DNA of 64,000 nt, from contig CAVXEP010000004.1 in the NCBI GenBank assembly GCA_963760795.1, forward strand, positions 96,001 to 160,000. Direction: 5' to 3'. Shown in pieces: positions 43,130 through 52,154 of this stretch (position 1 is its first letter; each line of letters opens with the position of its first letter). The stretch comes from an uncultured delta proteobacterium (GTDB lineage: Bacteria; Desulfobacterota; Binatia; UBA9968). The notes under the pieces are model-generated. The model saw only the letters and a program-made list of their open reading frames with translations. It ran no database searches and was not told the DNA's origin. Both the position numbers and the translations under genes were made by a program.

Positions 43130-44710
43130 TTAGTTCGCCCGATGCCGCGCGTCCTTGTACAACTTGTAGTCGATACTATCGACCAACGCCTGCCAGCTCG
43201 CCTCGATGACGTTGTGCGAAACCCCGACGGTGCCCCAGCGCTCCTTGCCGTCGCCCGATTCGATCAACACCCGCACCACCGCGCCGGTGCCTTCGCCGGA
43301 GGACAGCACGCGGACTTTGTAGTCGAGCAACTCCACTTGCTTGAGCGCCGGGTAAAATTTAGTCAGCGCCCGGCGCAGCGCCTGGTCCAGCGCATTCACC
43401 GGGCCGTTGCCCATGGCCGCCGCATGTTCGAGCTCGCCGTCGACTTGAACTTGAATGGTCGCTTCGGAAATCGGCGCTTCGCCTTCCGTGCGCTTTTCAT
43501 CGATGACGCGAAAGCCGATCAGATTGAAATTTTTCTTTTTCTTGCCCAACGCTTCCTGAATCAGCAGTTCGAAGGAAGCTTCCGCCGCTTGAAACTCGTA
43601 GCCCTGGCCCTCGAGCTCTTTGGTGCGGCGCAGCACCTCTTTAACGGCGTCGTTCTTGTCGGTCAAATCGATGCCGTATTCTTTGCCCTTGTAGACCACG
43701 TTGCTGCGGCCGGACAGATCGGAGACCAAAACCCGCTGGCGGTTACCGACCACCACGGGATCGATATGCTCGTAGGTCTCGCGGTTCTTGATCACGCCGG
43801 AAACATGCAGCCCGCCTTTATGGGCGAAGGCGCTGTCGCCGACATAGGCCTGGCGCTTGTTGGGATTGATATTGGCCAGCTCATAGAACAGCTGCGACAC
43901 CTCGCGGAGTTTTTTCAGCTGCGCCGGGGTCACGCATTTCTTGCCCATCTTGAGCTGCAAGTTGGCGATCACCGAGATCAAATTCATGTTGCCGCAGCGT
44001 TCGCCGAAACCGTTGATGGTGCCCTGCACCTGGGTGACGCCCATCTCCACGCCGGCCAGCGTGTTGGCCACCGCCAGCTCGCCGTCGTTATGGCAGTGAA
44101 TCCCCAGCGGCGTCTTGACCGCGCGGTTGACCTGGGTCAGCGCTTCGCGAATCTCGCCGGGCAGGCGCCCGCCATTGGTCTCGCACAGGACGATCCAGTC
44201 GGCGCCGCCTTCCTGCGCCGCCTTGAGGCACTCGATGGCGTAGTCCGGGTTGGCGCGGAAGCCGTCGAAGAAATGCTCGGCGTCGAAGATCACTTCGTCG
44301 ACGCGCTTCTTCATGTAAGCGATGGAGTCGGCGATGATATCCAGGTTGGCCTTTTGACTGATGCGCAGATCGTCGCGCACATGCAGGTCCCAGGTCTTGC
44401 CCACCAGGGTCACCACCGGCGTGTCGGCCGCCAGCAGCAGGCGCAGATTGAAATCCTGGGACGGCTTGATGCCGACCTTCATGGTGGTGCCGAAGGAAGC
44501 TACTTTGGCATTCTTGAGCTTGAGCTTTTTGACCTGTTTGAAAAAATCGGCGTCGCGCTCGTTGGAGCCGGGATAGCCGCCTTCGATGTAATCGATGCCG
44601 AGCTCGTCCAATTTCGCGGCGATGCGCAACTTGTCTTCCAGGGTAAACGAAACATCTTCGGCTTGGCAGCCGTCTCGCAGCGTCGTGTCGTACAGCAAAA
44701 CGTCTTTCAT
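43130..44710 (-). CDS. cimA: Citramalate synthase
   Basis: YDTTLRDGCQAE, GIHCHND, GFGERCGN, FAHKGGLH, WGTVGVS.NVIEASW. Confidence 0.93.
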   Translation of the reverse strand: MKDVLLYDTTLRDGCQAEDVSFTLEDKLRIAAKLDELGIDYIEGGYPGSNERDADFFKQVKKLKLKNAKVASFGTTMKVGIKPSQDFNLRLLLAADTPVVTLVGKTWDLHVRDDLRISQKANLDIIADSIAYMKKRVDEVIFDAEHFFDGFRANPDYAIECLKAAQEGGADWIVLCETNGGRLPGEIREALTQVNRAVKTPLGIHCHNDGELAVANTLAGVEMGVTQVQGTINGFGERCGNMNLISVIANLQLKMGKKCVTPAQLKKLREVSQLFYELANINPNKRQAYVGDSAFAHKGGLHVSGVIKNRETYEHIDPVVVGNRQRVLVSDLSGRSNVVYKGKEYGIDLTDKNDAVKEVLRRTKELEGQGYEFQAAEASFELLIQEALGKKKKNFNLIGFRVIDEKRTEGEAPISEATIQVQVDGELEHAAAMGNGPVNALDQALRRALTKFYPALKQVELLDYKVRVLSSGEGTGAVVRVLIESGDGKERWGTVGVSHNVIEASWQALVDSIDYKLYKDARHRAN

Positions 44711-44718
44711 AACTTCCT

Positions 44719-45930
44719 CTAATTGGCGATGAAGGCCTCGTGCAAGGCGCGCACGGCGTGATCCGACTGCTTGGCGTCGATGACCACGGAAATCTTGATC
44801 TCCGAAGTCGAGATCATTTGAATATTGATCTTCTCCCGCGCCAGGGTCTCGAACATCATCGCCGCCACGCCGGCATGGGTGCGCATGCCGACGCCGACCA
44901 CGGAAACCTTGGCGATATCGGTATCGACCCGCACGCCTTTGGCGTGTACTTCCGGCAGCGACTTCTCGACGATGGCGAGGGCCTTTTGATGATCGGCCAT
45001 GGGCACGGTGAAAGTCAGATCCGTGGTGCCGTCTTGACTGGCGTTTTGTATTATCATGTCGACGACGATATGCGCTGCCGCGATGGGGCCGAATATCTGC
45101 GCCGCCAGTCCCGGCCGATCGGGCACCCGGACCAGGGTAATCTTGGCTTCATTCTTGTCGCAAGCCACTCCGGAGACCAATACATCGCTCATGCTGTCAT
45201 CCTCCTCGACCAGCCAGGTGCCTTCGACATCGGCAAACGTCGAACGGACATGCACCGGCACGCCGTAATTTTTCGCAAACTCGACCGAGCGGATCTCCAA
45301 AACCTTCGCGCCGGTGCTGGCGAGCTCGATCATTTCATCGTAGGAAATCTTGCCCAATTTGCGCGCCTGCGGACAGATCCGCGGATCGGTGGTAAAGACG
45401 CCTTCGACATCGGTGTAAATCTCACAAGCCTTGGCGTTGAGAAACGCCGCCAGCGCCACCGCGCTGGTGTCCGAGCCGCCCCGCCCCAGGGTCGTGATGT
45501 TGTCATTTTCATCGACCCCTTGGAAACCGGCGATGACGACGACTTCGCCGGCGTTCAAGGCCTGGACGATCTTGGTCGAGTCGATGCTCAAGATGCGCGC
45601 CTTGCCGTAGGCGTTATCGGTCTCGATGCGCACCTGATGGCCCAGGTAGGAACGGGCCGGCTGGCCGATCTCTTTGATCGCCAAACTCAACAGCGCGACG
45701 GTCACCTGCTCGCCGGTGGCGATCAGGACATCTTTTTCCCGCTCATCGGGAATCGGCGAAATCTCCTGGGCCAGGGCGATCAGCCGGTTGGTCTCCCCGG
45801 CCATGGCGGAAACCACCACGATGACATCGTTGCCGGCGCGTTTCGCCGCCGCGACTTTTGCCGCCACGCCTTTGATTTTGTCGATGGATCCGACGGAAGT
45901 GCCGCCATATTTCTGTACTAACAACCCCAC
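44719..45930 (-). CDS. lysC: Aspartate kinase
   Basis: VQKYGGTSVG, TLGRGGSDTSA and two ACT domains (ISTSEIKIS). Confidence 0.95.
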   Translation of the reverse strand: MGLLVQKYGGTSVGSIDKIKGVAAKVAAAKRAGNDVIVVVSAMAGETNRLIALAQEISPIPDEREKDVLIATGEQVTVALLSLAIKEIGQPARSYLGHQVRIETDNAYGKARILSIDSTKIVQALNAGEVVVIAGFQGVDENDNITTLGRGGSDTSAVALAAFLNAKACEIYTDVEGVFTTDPRICPQARKLGKISYDEMIELASTGAKVLEIRSVEFAKNYGVPVHVRSTFADVEGTWLVEEDDSMSDVLVSGVACDKNEAKITLVRVPDRPGLAAQIFGPIAAAHIVVDMIIQNASQDGTTDLTFTVPMADHQKALAIVEKSLPEVHAKGVRVDTDIAKVSVVGVGMRTHAGVAAMMFETLAREKINIQMISTSEIKISVVIDAKQSDHAVRALHEAFIAN

Positions 45931-45948
45931 GCACCTAACCCCGCAATC

Positions 45949-46090
45949 TATTTTGGATTTTAGATTTTGGATTTTGGATTGTCGATCGTCTGATGAAGAT
46001 CCATGCCGGCACTTCATAGCAGTCTCTTTTCATGCTCCGATCCCTCAATCCAAAATCCAAAAGCCGCCCCGCGGACGAAAATCGAAAATT
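45949..46090. repeat. ATTTTGG/CCAAAAT 7-nt tandem-repeat hairpin
   Basis: attttggattttagattttggattttggatt ... aatccaaaatccaaaa..aaaatcgaaaat. Confidence 0.8.
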
Positions 46091-46568
46091 ATTTACCCGT
46101 TTTATGACGCAATGCTTGCAATAATATTTCATATCTCTGGCCATGAGCGACGAAAGCCAGCTCACGCCGGTTGCCGCCGCCGTGGGCGATTCTCAACTCA
46201 AGATGCTCGTCGACTTCATGGGACGGCAGGAACTCGAACCACTCGATCAAACTGACGCCGTCGCCGTAGAGATAATCGCGCAGGTTGAGGGTGTCCAGTT
46301 CTTCCTGCTTACCGACTCGATAAAGATCGATGTGGTAAACCGGCAAGCGCCCGCTGTATTCGTTGATCAGCGTAAAAGTCGGGCTGCGCACCCAAGCGCC
46401 GGCAGCCACTTCGATGCCCTGCGCGAAACCGCGGACAAAGCAGGTCTTGCCCGTGCCTAGTTCACCGATCAGGCCAACGATCTCGCCGCCTTGAACTAAT
46501 TTGCCAAGGTTTCGTCCCAGATTCTGGCTTTGCCGCGGCGAAGTAGTAACGATAGTCCAGCCACCCAT
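46089..46568 (-). CDS. tsaE: tRNA t6A biosynthesis ATPase TsaE
   Basis: GELGTGKT, SPTFTLINEY, YHIDLYR, IEW. Confidence 0.93.
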   Translation of the reverse strand: MGGWTIVTTSPRQSQNLGRNLGKLVQGGEIVGLIGELGTGKTCFVRGFAQGIEVAAGAWVRSPTFTLINEYSGRLPVYHIDLYRVGKQEELDTLNLRDYLYGDGVSLIEWFEFLPSHEVDEHLELRIAHGGGNRRELAFVAHGQRYEILLQALRHKTGK

Positions 46569-46968
46569 CTGCAACCGGCCTCACTCATTACAACTAGTAT
46601 ATTTTTAACGGGATTTCGAGTCTGGGGCACGGCGGGCCGAGGCCCCCGGTGCAAAAGTTCAATGGTTCAAGCGTTCAAGCACAGCCGGGATAACGGCTGA
46701 GGATTCTGAAACATAGGTTCAGCCTGGCAAGGAGCAAACTACGGAAACCAGCCTCGAAAAAAAGTCTCCCGTTACTGCATCGATATCACAATCTGTGACC
46801 TTGAAACGCGGCGAAAACATTAACTATCTACCCGGCTTTTCTTCAACAGCTGTCGTGATTGCATGGGGTCCTGGGTCCTATTTAAGAAATTTGCTCGAAA
46901 AATTATGACGTTGCATATCTGAGCCGGTGTGCTAGCTTCCCACTTCCTAATGAAAGGGAGTTACCAAT

Positions 46969-47521
46969 ATGTCACATATTAGGCCCCTTCCCGTAGACGA
47001 TGCACCGCCGGAAGTACGAGATACTTACAACGATTTTTCCCGCAGGATGAATTTTCCTTCGCCGCCTAATTTCATCATGACCCAGGGGCATGCTCCCAAT
47101 GTAGCTAGAGGGACTTGGGATCTTGTGCGCAACGTGCTCGTGACCGGCAAAATTGAGCGCTGGATCAAGGAAATGGTTTTTGCCGCAATTTCACAGGATC
47201 GCAACTGTCATTATTGTACCGCGGCCCATCTTGCGTGTTGCCGGATGTTGGGCGTAGATCCCGTCTTTCTGAATTCTTTAGTGCGCGACGTCAATTCGCT
47301 TAGCGATGCGAAACTGCGCGATATGATTTTGTTTGGCCTAAAATGCTCCAGAGACCCGCAAAGCATATCTAAAACCGACTACGCACATGCTGGGCCACCA
47401 CGGACTCGGTCAGCCTGAGATATTGGAATTGATCGCAATGTCCGGCTTGGCTGTGTATGCGAATATTATGGCCGATGCCACCGGCATGGAAGCGGACGCC
47501 ATGTTTGCCAGTCTTTCGTAA
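46969..47521 (+). CDS. AhpD/carboxymuconolactone decarboxylase family protein (frameshift near 47386)
   Basis: KEM..AIS..RNCHYCTAAH. C-terminus continues as L..HGL...EILELIAM..LAVYANI.ADA.G. Confidence 0.82.
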
Positions 47522-48182
47522 GGTAGTTTTCTGCGTGCTCTTTGCCGCCGGATCTTTAGTAAAAATTCTTCTGTGATATTGCTAGAACATGAAGTTCGAA
47601 AATGACCGAGGCGAGCCGGTGGAAATAAACTTTCAGAATTTCGAAAGTATATTGTCAACGGCCGAAGCCGGCTTCACTCGCGTGAAGCTTAAAGACGGGC
47701 AAGTAGTATCGGTGCAAGCGACGGAAAATGAAATTCTCGAAGCCACGGTGGAAGAATAGGCATGCCGCGCGCGAGAGTTTTCCTTGAGAAATTGAGTTGA
47801 TTTTTTCCTCATTCTTCGCTGTTTCTGATTGACTGATCTTGCCTTGGCCCGGTTGCTTCGTCGTCGGTCGCGCCGTTTTTGCGCTGGTCACCTTTTTTCC
47901 TGCCATTATGTAAGCTCGCACTAGAGTTGCCTGGGGCTTAAGCGGTTACGGACGATATATTGATCCCTTTTCTAAAGCTCTCATTGTGGTACTTTTAGAC
48001 CATGGATGTGAAAACCAAAAATGCAGGCCGCCTGCGAAAAGTTAAACAAATTAAAGAGCCTGTAGAGGTCGAGGAGAAAACCGTTACACCCGGGCTCGAA
48101 AAAGTAGAGATTAAAAACCCGAGAAAACCGCCCGTAAAAGCACCGCGGCAGAAGTAGATAATTGGAATCCACCGCTGAAACC

Positions 48183-48321
48183 TGTGGAACGACTGGAACC
48201 GGGGTTTCGCGGTGTGCCGGGGTATATTGAACTTTTGAACCCTTGAACGGGTTCGTCCCCGCCTTCATCCCGCCCAAATCCGTCCTTGAACTTTTGAACC
48301 TTTGAACGTGGGTCAATCGTT
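48183..48321 (+). repeat. TGGAAC/TTGAAC composite repeat, copy 1, upstream of the DUF2283 gene
   Basis: ggaacgactggaac..gccggggta.attgaacttttgaac..tttgaacgtgggtcaatcgtt, shared with copy 2. Confidence 0.8.
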
Positions 48322-48338
48322 TGGAAGGACAAATCCCC

Positions 48339-48646
48339 ATGAAGATCGAATACGATACCGCGCACGATCTACTAAACATCGAGTTTCTGGCCAACGTTAC
48401 ATCGAGTTTCTGGCCAACGTTGCCATCGACGACTCGCTGGAGATCGATGGTGTAGTCATCGACTACGCAAAAGACAAGCGCATCGTCGCCATCGAAGTGC
48501 TCGATGCGAGTAAGCGAACGACGCGCAAGCCTTTCGACCTTACGAACCTGGCCATCGTGAAGTCTACCGGGTCGGATACCGTGCCGGAAAGCGAGGAGAA
48601 GTACGGCAAAAAGCGGCCGGACAAGTCTAAACGTCGCCGCTCATGA
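48339..48646 (+). pseudogene. DUF2283 family protein disrupted by a 23-bp tandem duplication
   Basis: MKIEYD..DLLNIEF..GVVIDY..RIVAIEVLDASKR. ACATCGAGTTTCTGGCCAACGTT occurs at 48376-48398 and 48399-48421. Confidence 0.8.
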
Positions 48647-48665
48647 TCGAAGTAAAAATAATGGC

Positions 48666-48812
48666 TTGAACGATTTGAACGGGCCGATCTTCTATGGTTT
48701 TGAACGACACGTCGCGGTTGAACGTTTGGAACGACTGGAACTGATGGAATCGGGGTTGCGAGAGGAGCCGGGGTAATTGAACTTTTGAACTTTTGAACGT
48801 AGGTCAATCGTT
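48666..48812 (+). repeat. TGGAAC/TTGAAC composite repeat, copy 2, upstream of vapBC
   Basis: ggaacgactggaac..gccggggtaattgaacttttgaacttttgaacgtaggtcaatcgtt. Confidence 0.8.
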
Positions 48813-48868
48813 GAGAGTCTTGAGCTGGTTTGTAGTACACTGCTGTATCACATGGTGGAGTCGTGTTT

Positions 48869-49135
48869 ATGCCTTTGAGCGTTCGCTTAGATCAAAAGAC
48901 CGAGTCCTTGATCGGACGGTTGGCTCGCAGGAGACGACAGACCAAATCGGAAGTTATTCGGGACGCGATCGGTGTGCTCGCCAAACAGGAAGAGACGGGC
49001 GCGGTGAAAACGCGCCCTTATGAACTGGTGGCTCATCTGATTGGCTGTGTCAAAGGCGGACATCGGGATCTTTCCGTAGATGCGAGCAAGAAGGTCCGAG
49101 AAATGCTTGTCGAGCGAGCCCGCAAGCGTCGATGA
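48869..49135 (+). CDS. RHH/CopG antitoxin (VapB-like)
   Basis: LSVRLD..LAR..TKSEVIRDAI. ATGA overlap with the PIN gene. Confidence 0.88.
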   Translation: MPLSVRLDQKTESLIGRLARRRRQTKSEVIRDAIGVLAKQEETGAVKTRPYELVAHLIGCVKGGHRDLSVDASKKVREMLVERARKRR

Positions 49136-49542
49136 TCCTTGTCGACGCAGGGCCGCTGATCGCCCTCATACACCAAGACGACAATCAACATGAGCGTTGT
49201 CGAGACGCCTTTGCCGCGCTCGACGAGCCGCTCGGCACGGTGTGGCCCGTAGTCACCGAAGCCCTGCACCTTTTGAATTTTTCTTGGCGCGCCCAGGATG
49301 CACTTTGGGAGATGATCGCGACCGGCGCGATAGCAATCATGCCGTTAGCAATCGAGGACGTCCCGCGCATTAGAGAATTGATGCACAAGTACCGCGATTT
49401 GCCGATGGATCTGGCGGACGGTGCCTTGGTTCGCGTCGCCGAGCGCGAACGGTTGCGGCGAATCTTCACCCTCGACCGTCGTGATTTTCAGGTTTATCGG
49501 CCCGCTCGGCTCGGTCGCTTTGCGATCATACCGGCCCGGTAA
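49132..49542 (+). CDS. PIN-domain toxin (VapC-like)
   Basis: ILVDAGPLIA, VVTEA, KYRDLPMDLADG, IFTLD.RDF. Confidence 0.92.
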   Translation: MILVDAGPLIALIHQDDNQHERCRDAFAALDEPLGTVWPVVTEALHLLNFSWRAQDALWEMIATGAIAIMPLAIEDVPRIRELMHKYRDLPMDLADGALVRVAERERLRRIFTLDRRDFQVYRPARLGRFAIIPAR

Positions 49543-49674
49543 CTTTCAAGTAGCGCGCTCGATATCTCTGATCCGCTGCTGGCAATAGACGCCAGTCCTC
49601 CGAATCTGACCTTGAACGCTTGAACCCTTGAACCTTTGAACGAGCCTTTAGGTTTACGGACCAGACTAGGATGT

Positions 49675-49690
49675 ACATCAATATTGATGT
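49675..49690. promoter_or_regulatory. Perfect 16-bp palindrome, probable HigA operator
   Basis: ACATCAATATTGATGT ends 9 nt before the toxin ATG. Confidence 0.65.
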
Positions 49691-49699
49691 TGCGGTCAC

Positions 49700-50053
49700 A
49701 TGGATTTCATAGTAGAGTTTTACGAAACAACGGCGGGAAAGTGTCCGGTGCGGGAGTTTCTGCTGGAACTCAAGGCCAGCGATCCCGGCGACTTTGCAGC
49801 GGTGACAGCGGGGTTGGAGAAACTGCGCCATCGCGTGTATCACCGCGAGCCGCTGACCAAGGCTCTGAACGACGGCCTGTTTGAGTTGCGCCACGTTGGC
49901 AAGTTGAACACGCGCGTACTGTGGTTCTTTATGAATGGCCGGCGCATCGTCGCAGTTCACGGCGTCCGCAACAAAGGCCAGTCGATCCTGGCTCGCGATT
50001 TCGACACCGCACGGGCACGGATGCGCGACTGGCAAGAAAGGAATGAGCGATGA
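49700..50053 (+). CDS. RelE/HigB (Gp49-like) toxin
   Basis: VEFYET..GKCPVREFL, EP..K.L.DGLFELR, RVLWFF. Toxin-first gene order. Confidence 0.88.
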   Translation: MDFIVEFYETTAGKCPVREFLLELKASDPGDFAAVTAGLEKLRHRVYHREPLTKALNDGLFELRHVGKLNTRVLWFFMNGRRIVAVHGVRNKGQSILARDFDTARARMRDWQERNER

Positions 50054-50424
50054 GCAAGACGAACTTTGATGTTTTTCTGGAAGAGCAACTCCGCGACCCG
50101 GATTTCGCGGCACGGTTCAAGCGGGCAGGCGAGGCGTGGGATGTGGCGTTGCAGATTGTGGCGCTGCGCGAGAAGGCCGGCCTCTCGCAAAAGGACCTCG
50201 CGCGCAAACTCAAGACTTCCCAGCAACAGATCAGCCGCCTCGAATCGCCGTCGTACGAAGGTCATTCGTTGAGCATGTTGCGCCGCGTCGCCAACGTCTT
50301 ACACGCGCGGGTGCGCGTGGAGTTCGAAACGGACAGCGACCCCGCGCATGTTGCCGAGAAAGCAGCGCCCTACGGCAAGACCGCCGTGAAGGCGCGGAGA
50401 TTACGACGCAAAGTACGTCTTTGA
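50050..50424 (+). CDS. XRE HTH antitoxin (HigA-like)
   Basis: LREKAGLSQKDLARKLKTSQQQISRLES..SLSMLRRVA. Confidence 0.9.
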   Translation: MSKTNFDVFLEEQLRDPDFAARFKRAGEAWDVALQIVALREKAGLSQKDLARKLKTSQQQISRLESPSYEGHSLSMLRRVANVLHARVRVEFETDSDPAHVAEKAAPYGKTAVKARRLRRKVRL

Positions 50425-50490
50425 TCACCGGTAGTCTCCCGGTGTAAATGCGCGGTTGCCAGGGCGCGAATCCGATGGCAATGTGGCACC

Positions 50491-50691
50491 GTGAAGACAT
50501 TGGCTGAAATCGAACGTGCCGTCGAAGAATTGCCGTCGGGGCAAAAGACAGAGTTGCTGCTTTTCGTTGCGCAGCACCTGCGCGAGGAACAAGCGCCGTT
50601 GCCCGAGCCGCGGGATTTTTCCGATGAGCAGCTTCGGGCTTGGATGGACAAGGATGAGGAGGCGATGCGCCGTTTCCGATCCGGCGCGTGA
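50491..50691 (+). CDS. Small hypothetical protein resembling orphan antitoxins
   Basis: KTLAEIERAVEELP..LL pattern typical of small TA-associated proteins. Confidence 0.6.
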   Translation: MKTLAEIERAVEELPSGQKTELLLFVAQHLREEQAPLPEPRDFSDEQLRAWMDKDEEAMRRFRSGA

Positions 50692-50749
50692 ACCTATTCC
50701 TGGCTGCCAGTGCGGTTCCACCACAGTTCAGTCGGAGGCTACGAGCAGA

Positions 50750-51558
50750 ATGCCAAGAACAAAAGAGAGACCGGGGGTTGACGCTTATTTCGATGCAATG
50801 CAGCGGATTTTCAACTTGCAGTCGGAAATCCTTACGGGTGTGTTACCGCACAACGCGGAGCGCGGGCGAAAGGATGAGGAGCGGTTCCGAGATTTTCTAA
50901 GCAAAGTGCTCCCCAAAAGTATAGTGTTGGCACGGGTTTCATAATCTGCTCGGATCCGGAGATTCCGCTAAGCAACCAAACAGACGTTGTGATATTCGAC
51001 GAAATATCTAACTCTCCCTTACATAAAGAACTCTCGGCGTTTGTATATCCGGTTGAGATGGTTTACGGGGCGGTCGAAGTTAAAGGTGCTTTATGTTTCC
51101 AAGACCTCGAGAAAATCGCCATTGATATTCTAAAAATCAGAGAGTTAGCAGCGTACCGCTACTACATTACCTATGGGAGCAAACAAAAAGATGGCGGTTC
51201 CGAACATGAATTAGTAGTGGACCAAAACGAGTTTAACGTCCCTAGCCCTGCACCCAGAACATTTGTATTCGCATACTCGCAACGTGGATGGAAAAATATT
51301 GACGGGCTTGTAAAAAGCCTACAGCAAGTTTTGAAAAAAAACCCCGCGCACATCCACGGTCTCGTTGTGCTCGACAAAGGCTGGTACCTTAACCAGGAAG
51401 CGTATTCCTCAACAGGACATGAGTTCTTCGCCTACACCGACAATGCGCTCTTACGTTTCATCAACGATATGCTGCACGCTATTTCGAGTATGGGAATGTT
51501 TCAAGCCTCAATTGATCGATATCTTCGTCTCAAGTTGCCTTTGAAGAAGCGAGATTGA
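50750..51558 (+). CDS. DUF6602-like putative PD-(D/E)xK nuclease (frameshift near 50915)
   Basis: H.AERG..DEERFRDFL..VLP..YSVGTGFI..SNQTDVVIFD..YPVE.VYGAVEVK. Lower GC than the flanks. Confidence 0.75.
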
Positions 51559-51636
51559 CTAGCGAGCCAAGCTTTTCGATGTCGCCCAGAATTATTCCCC
51601 ATTCAGGGTCAGCGTAGGAGGTCGGGCCTGAGTATA

Positions 51637-51843
51637 GTATTGACTAATTGCCAAAACGTCGGGGGAAATTTCCGTAATACAGTTGGTTTTTTAAGCGAAT
51701 AAACCTCCGAGGGTCAGGTCCCCAAACTTGCAAGCGTAGAACCTATCTGTCTGCTTGCTGTTGAAAACAAAAGTTTTCTGAGCGCAAAACAGAGTGACCC
51801 GAGACACTGTATTTGCCGATCTTTATACACCTGAGAGGATGCG
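51637..51843 (+). repeat. ~207-bp direct repeat, copy 1
   Basis: GTATTGACTAATTGCCAAAACGTC...GCTTGCTGTTGAAAACAAAAGTTTTCTGAGCGCAAAACAGAGTGACCCGAGACACTGTATTTGCCGATCTTTAT...GGATGCG, near-identical to 59073-59279. Confidence 0.92.
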
Positions 51844-52154
51844 TGCGACTCGTTGATGAGCAAGCCCTGCAAGAGCGCAATCTCAACCAGACATTGGCGC
51901 GATTGACAACTCGGCGGGCCAGCGATATTGCTCGGGCCAGAAAAAAAGGTGATTTAAATTTCCTATACAGATCGAGGACAGCTACGTCATCACGGACAAA
52001 GGCTGGAGCGCATCAGCAACGCGCCGCGAAAGGTCGAGGAGATCGAGGCGCTCATGAAGATACGCTCGCCGATAGTCGTCCCGTAACACCGGGAAACCGC
52101 ACCGCTGAGCGGTTGGACGACTTTGCGACGTCCGTCGAGATGAAGGAGGCATGT

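Noticed and set aside
43142-44722. Long antisense ORFs (also 31329..32897, 44740..45921, 18408..19379, 7730..8698)
   Set aside because: These are shadow ORFs opposite well-supported genes in GC-rich DNA, with no recognisable motifs.
47530-48180. Short ORFs in the AT-rich spacer (47655..47921 and others)
   Set aside because: No recognisable motifs or RBS support.
48183-48812. CRISPR array
   Set aside because: Units are 7-9 nt degenerate tandems without regular unique spacers, and there are no cas genes in the window.
51813-52154. N-terminal extension of the sensor ORF
   Set aside because: It starts inside the non-coding direct repeat. The strong RBS supports ATG 52155.
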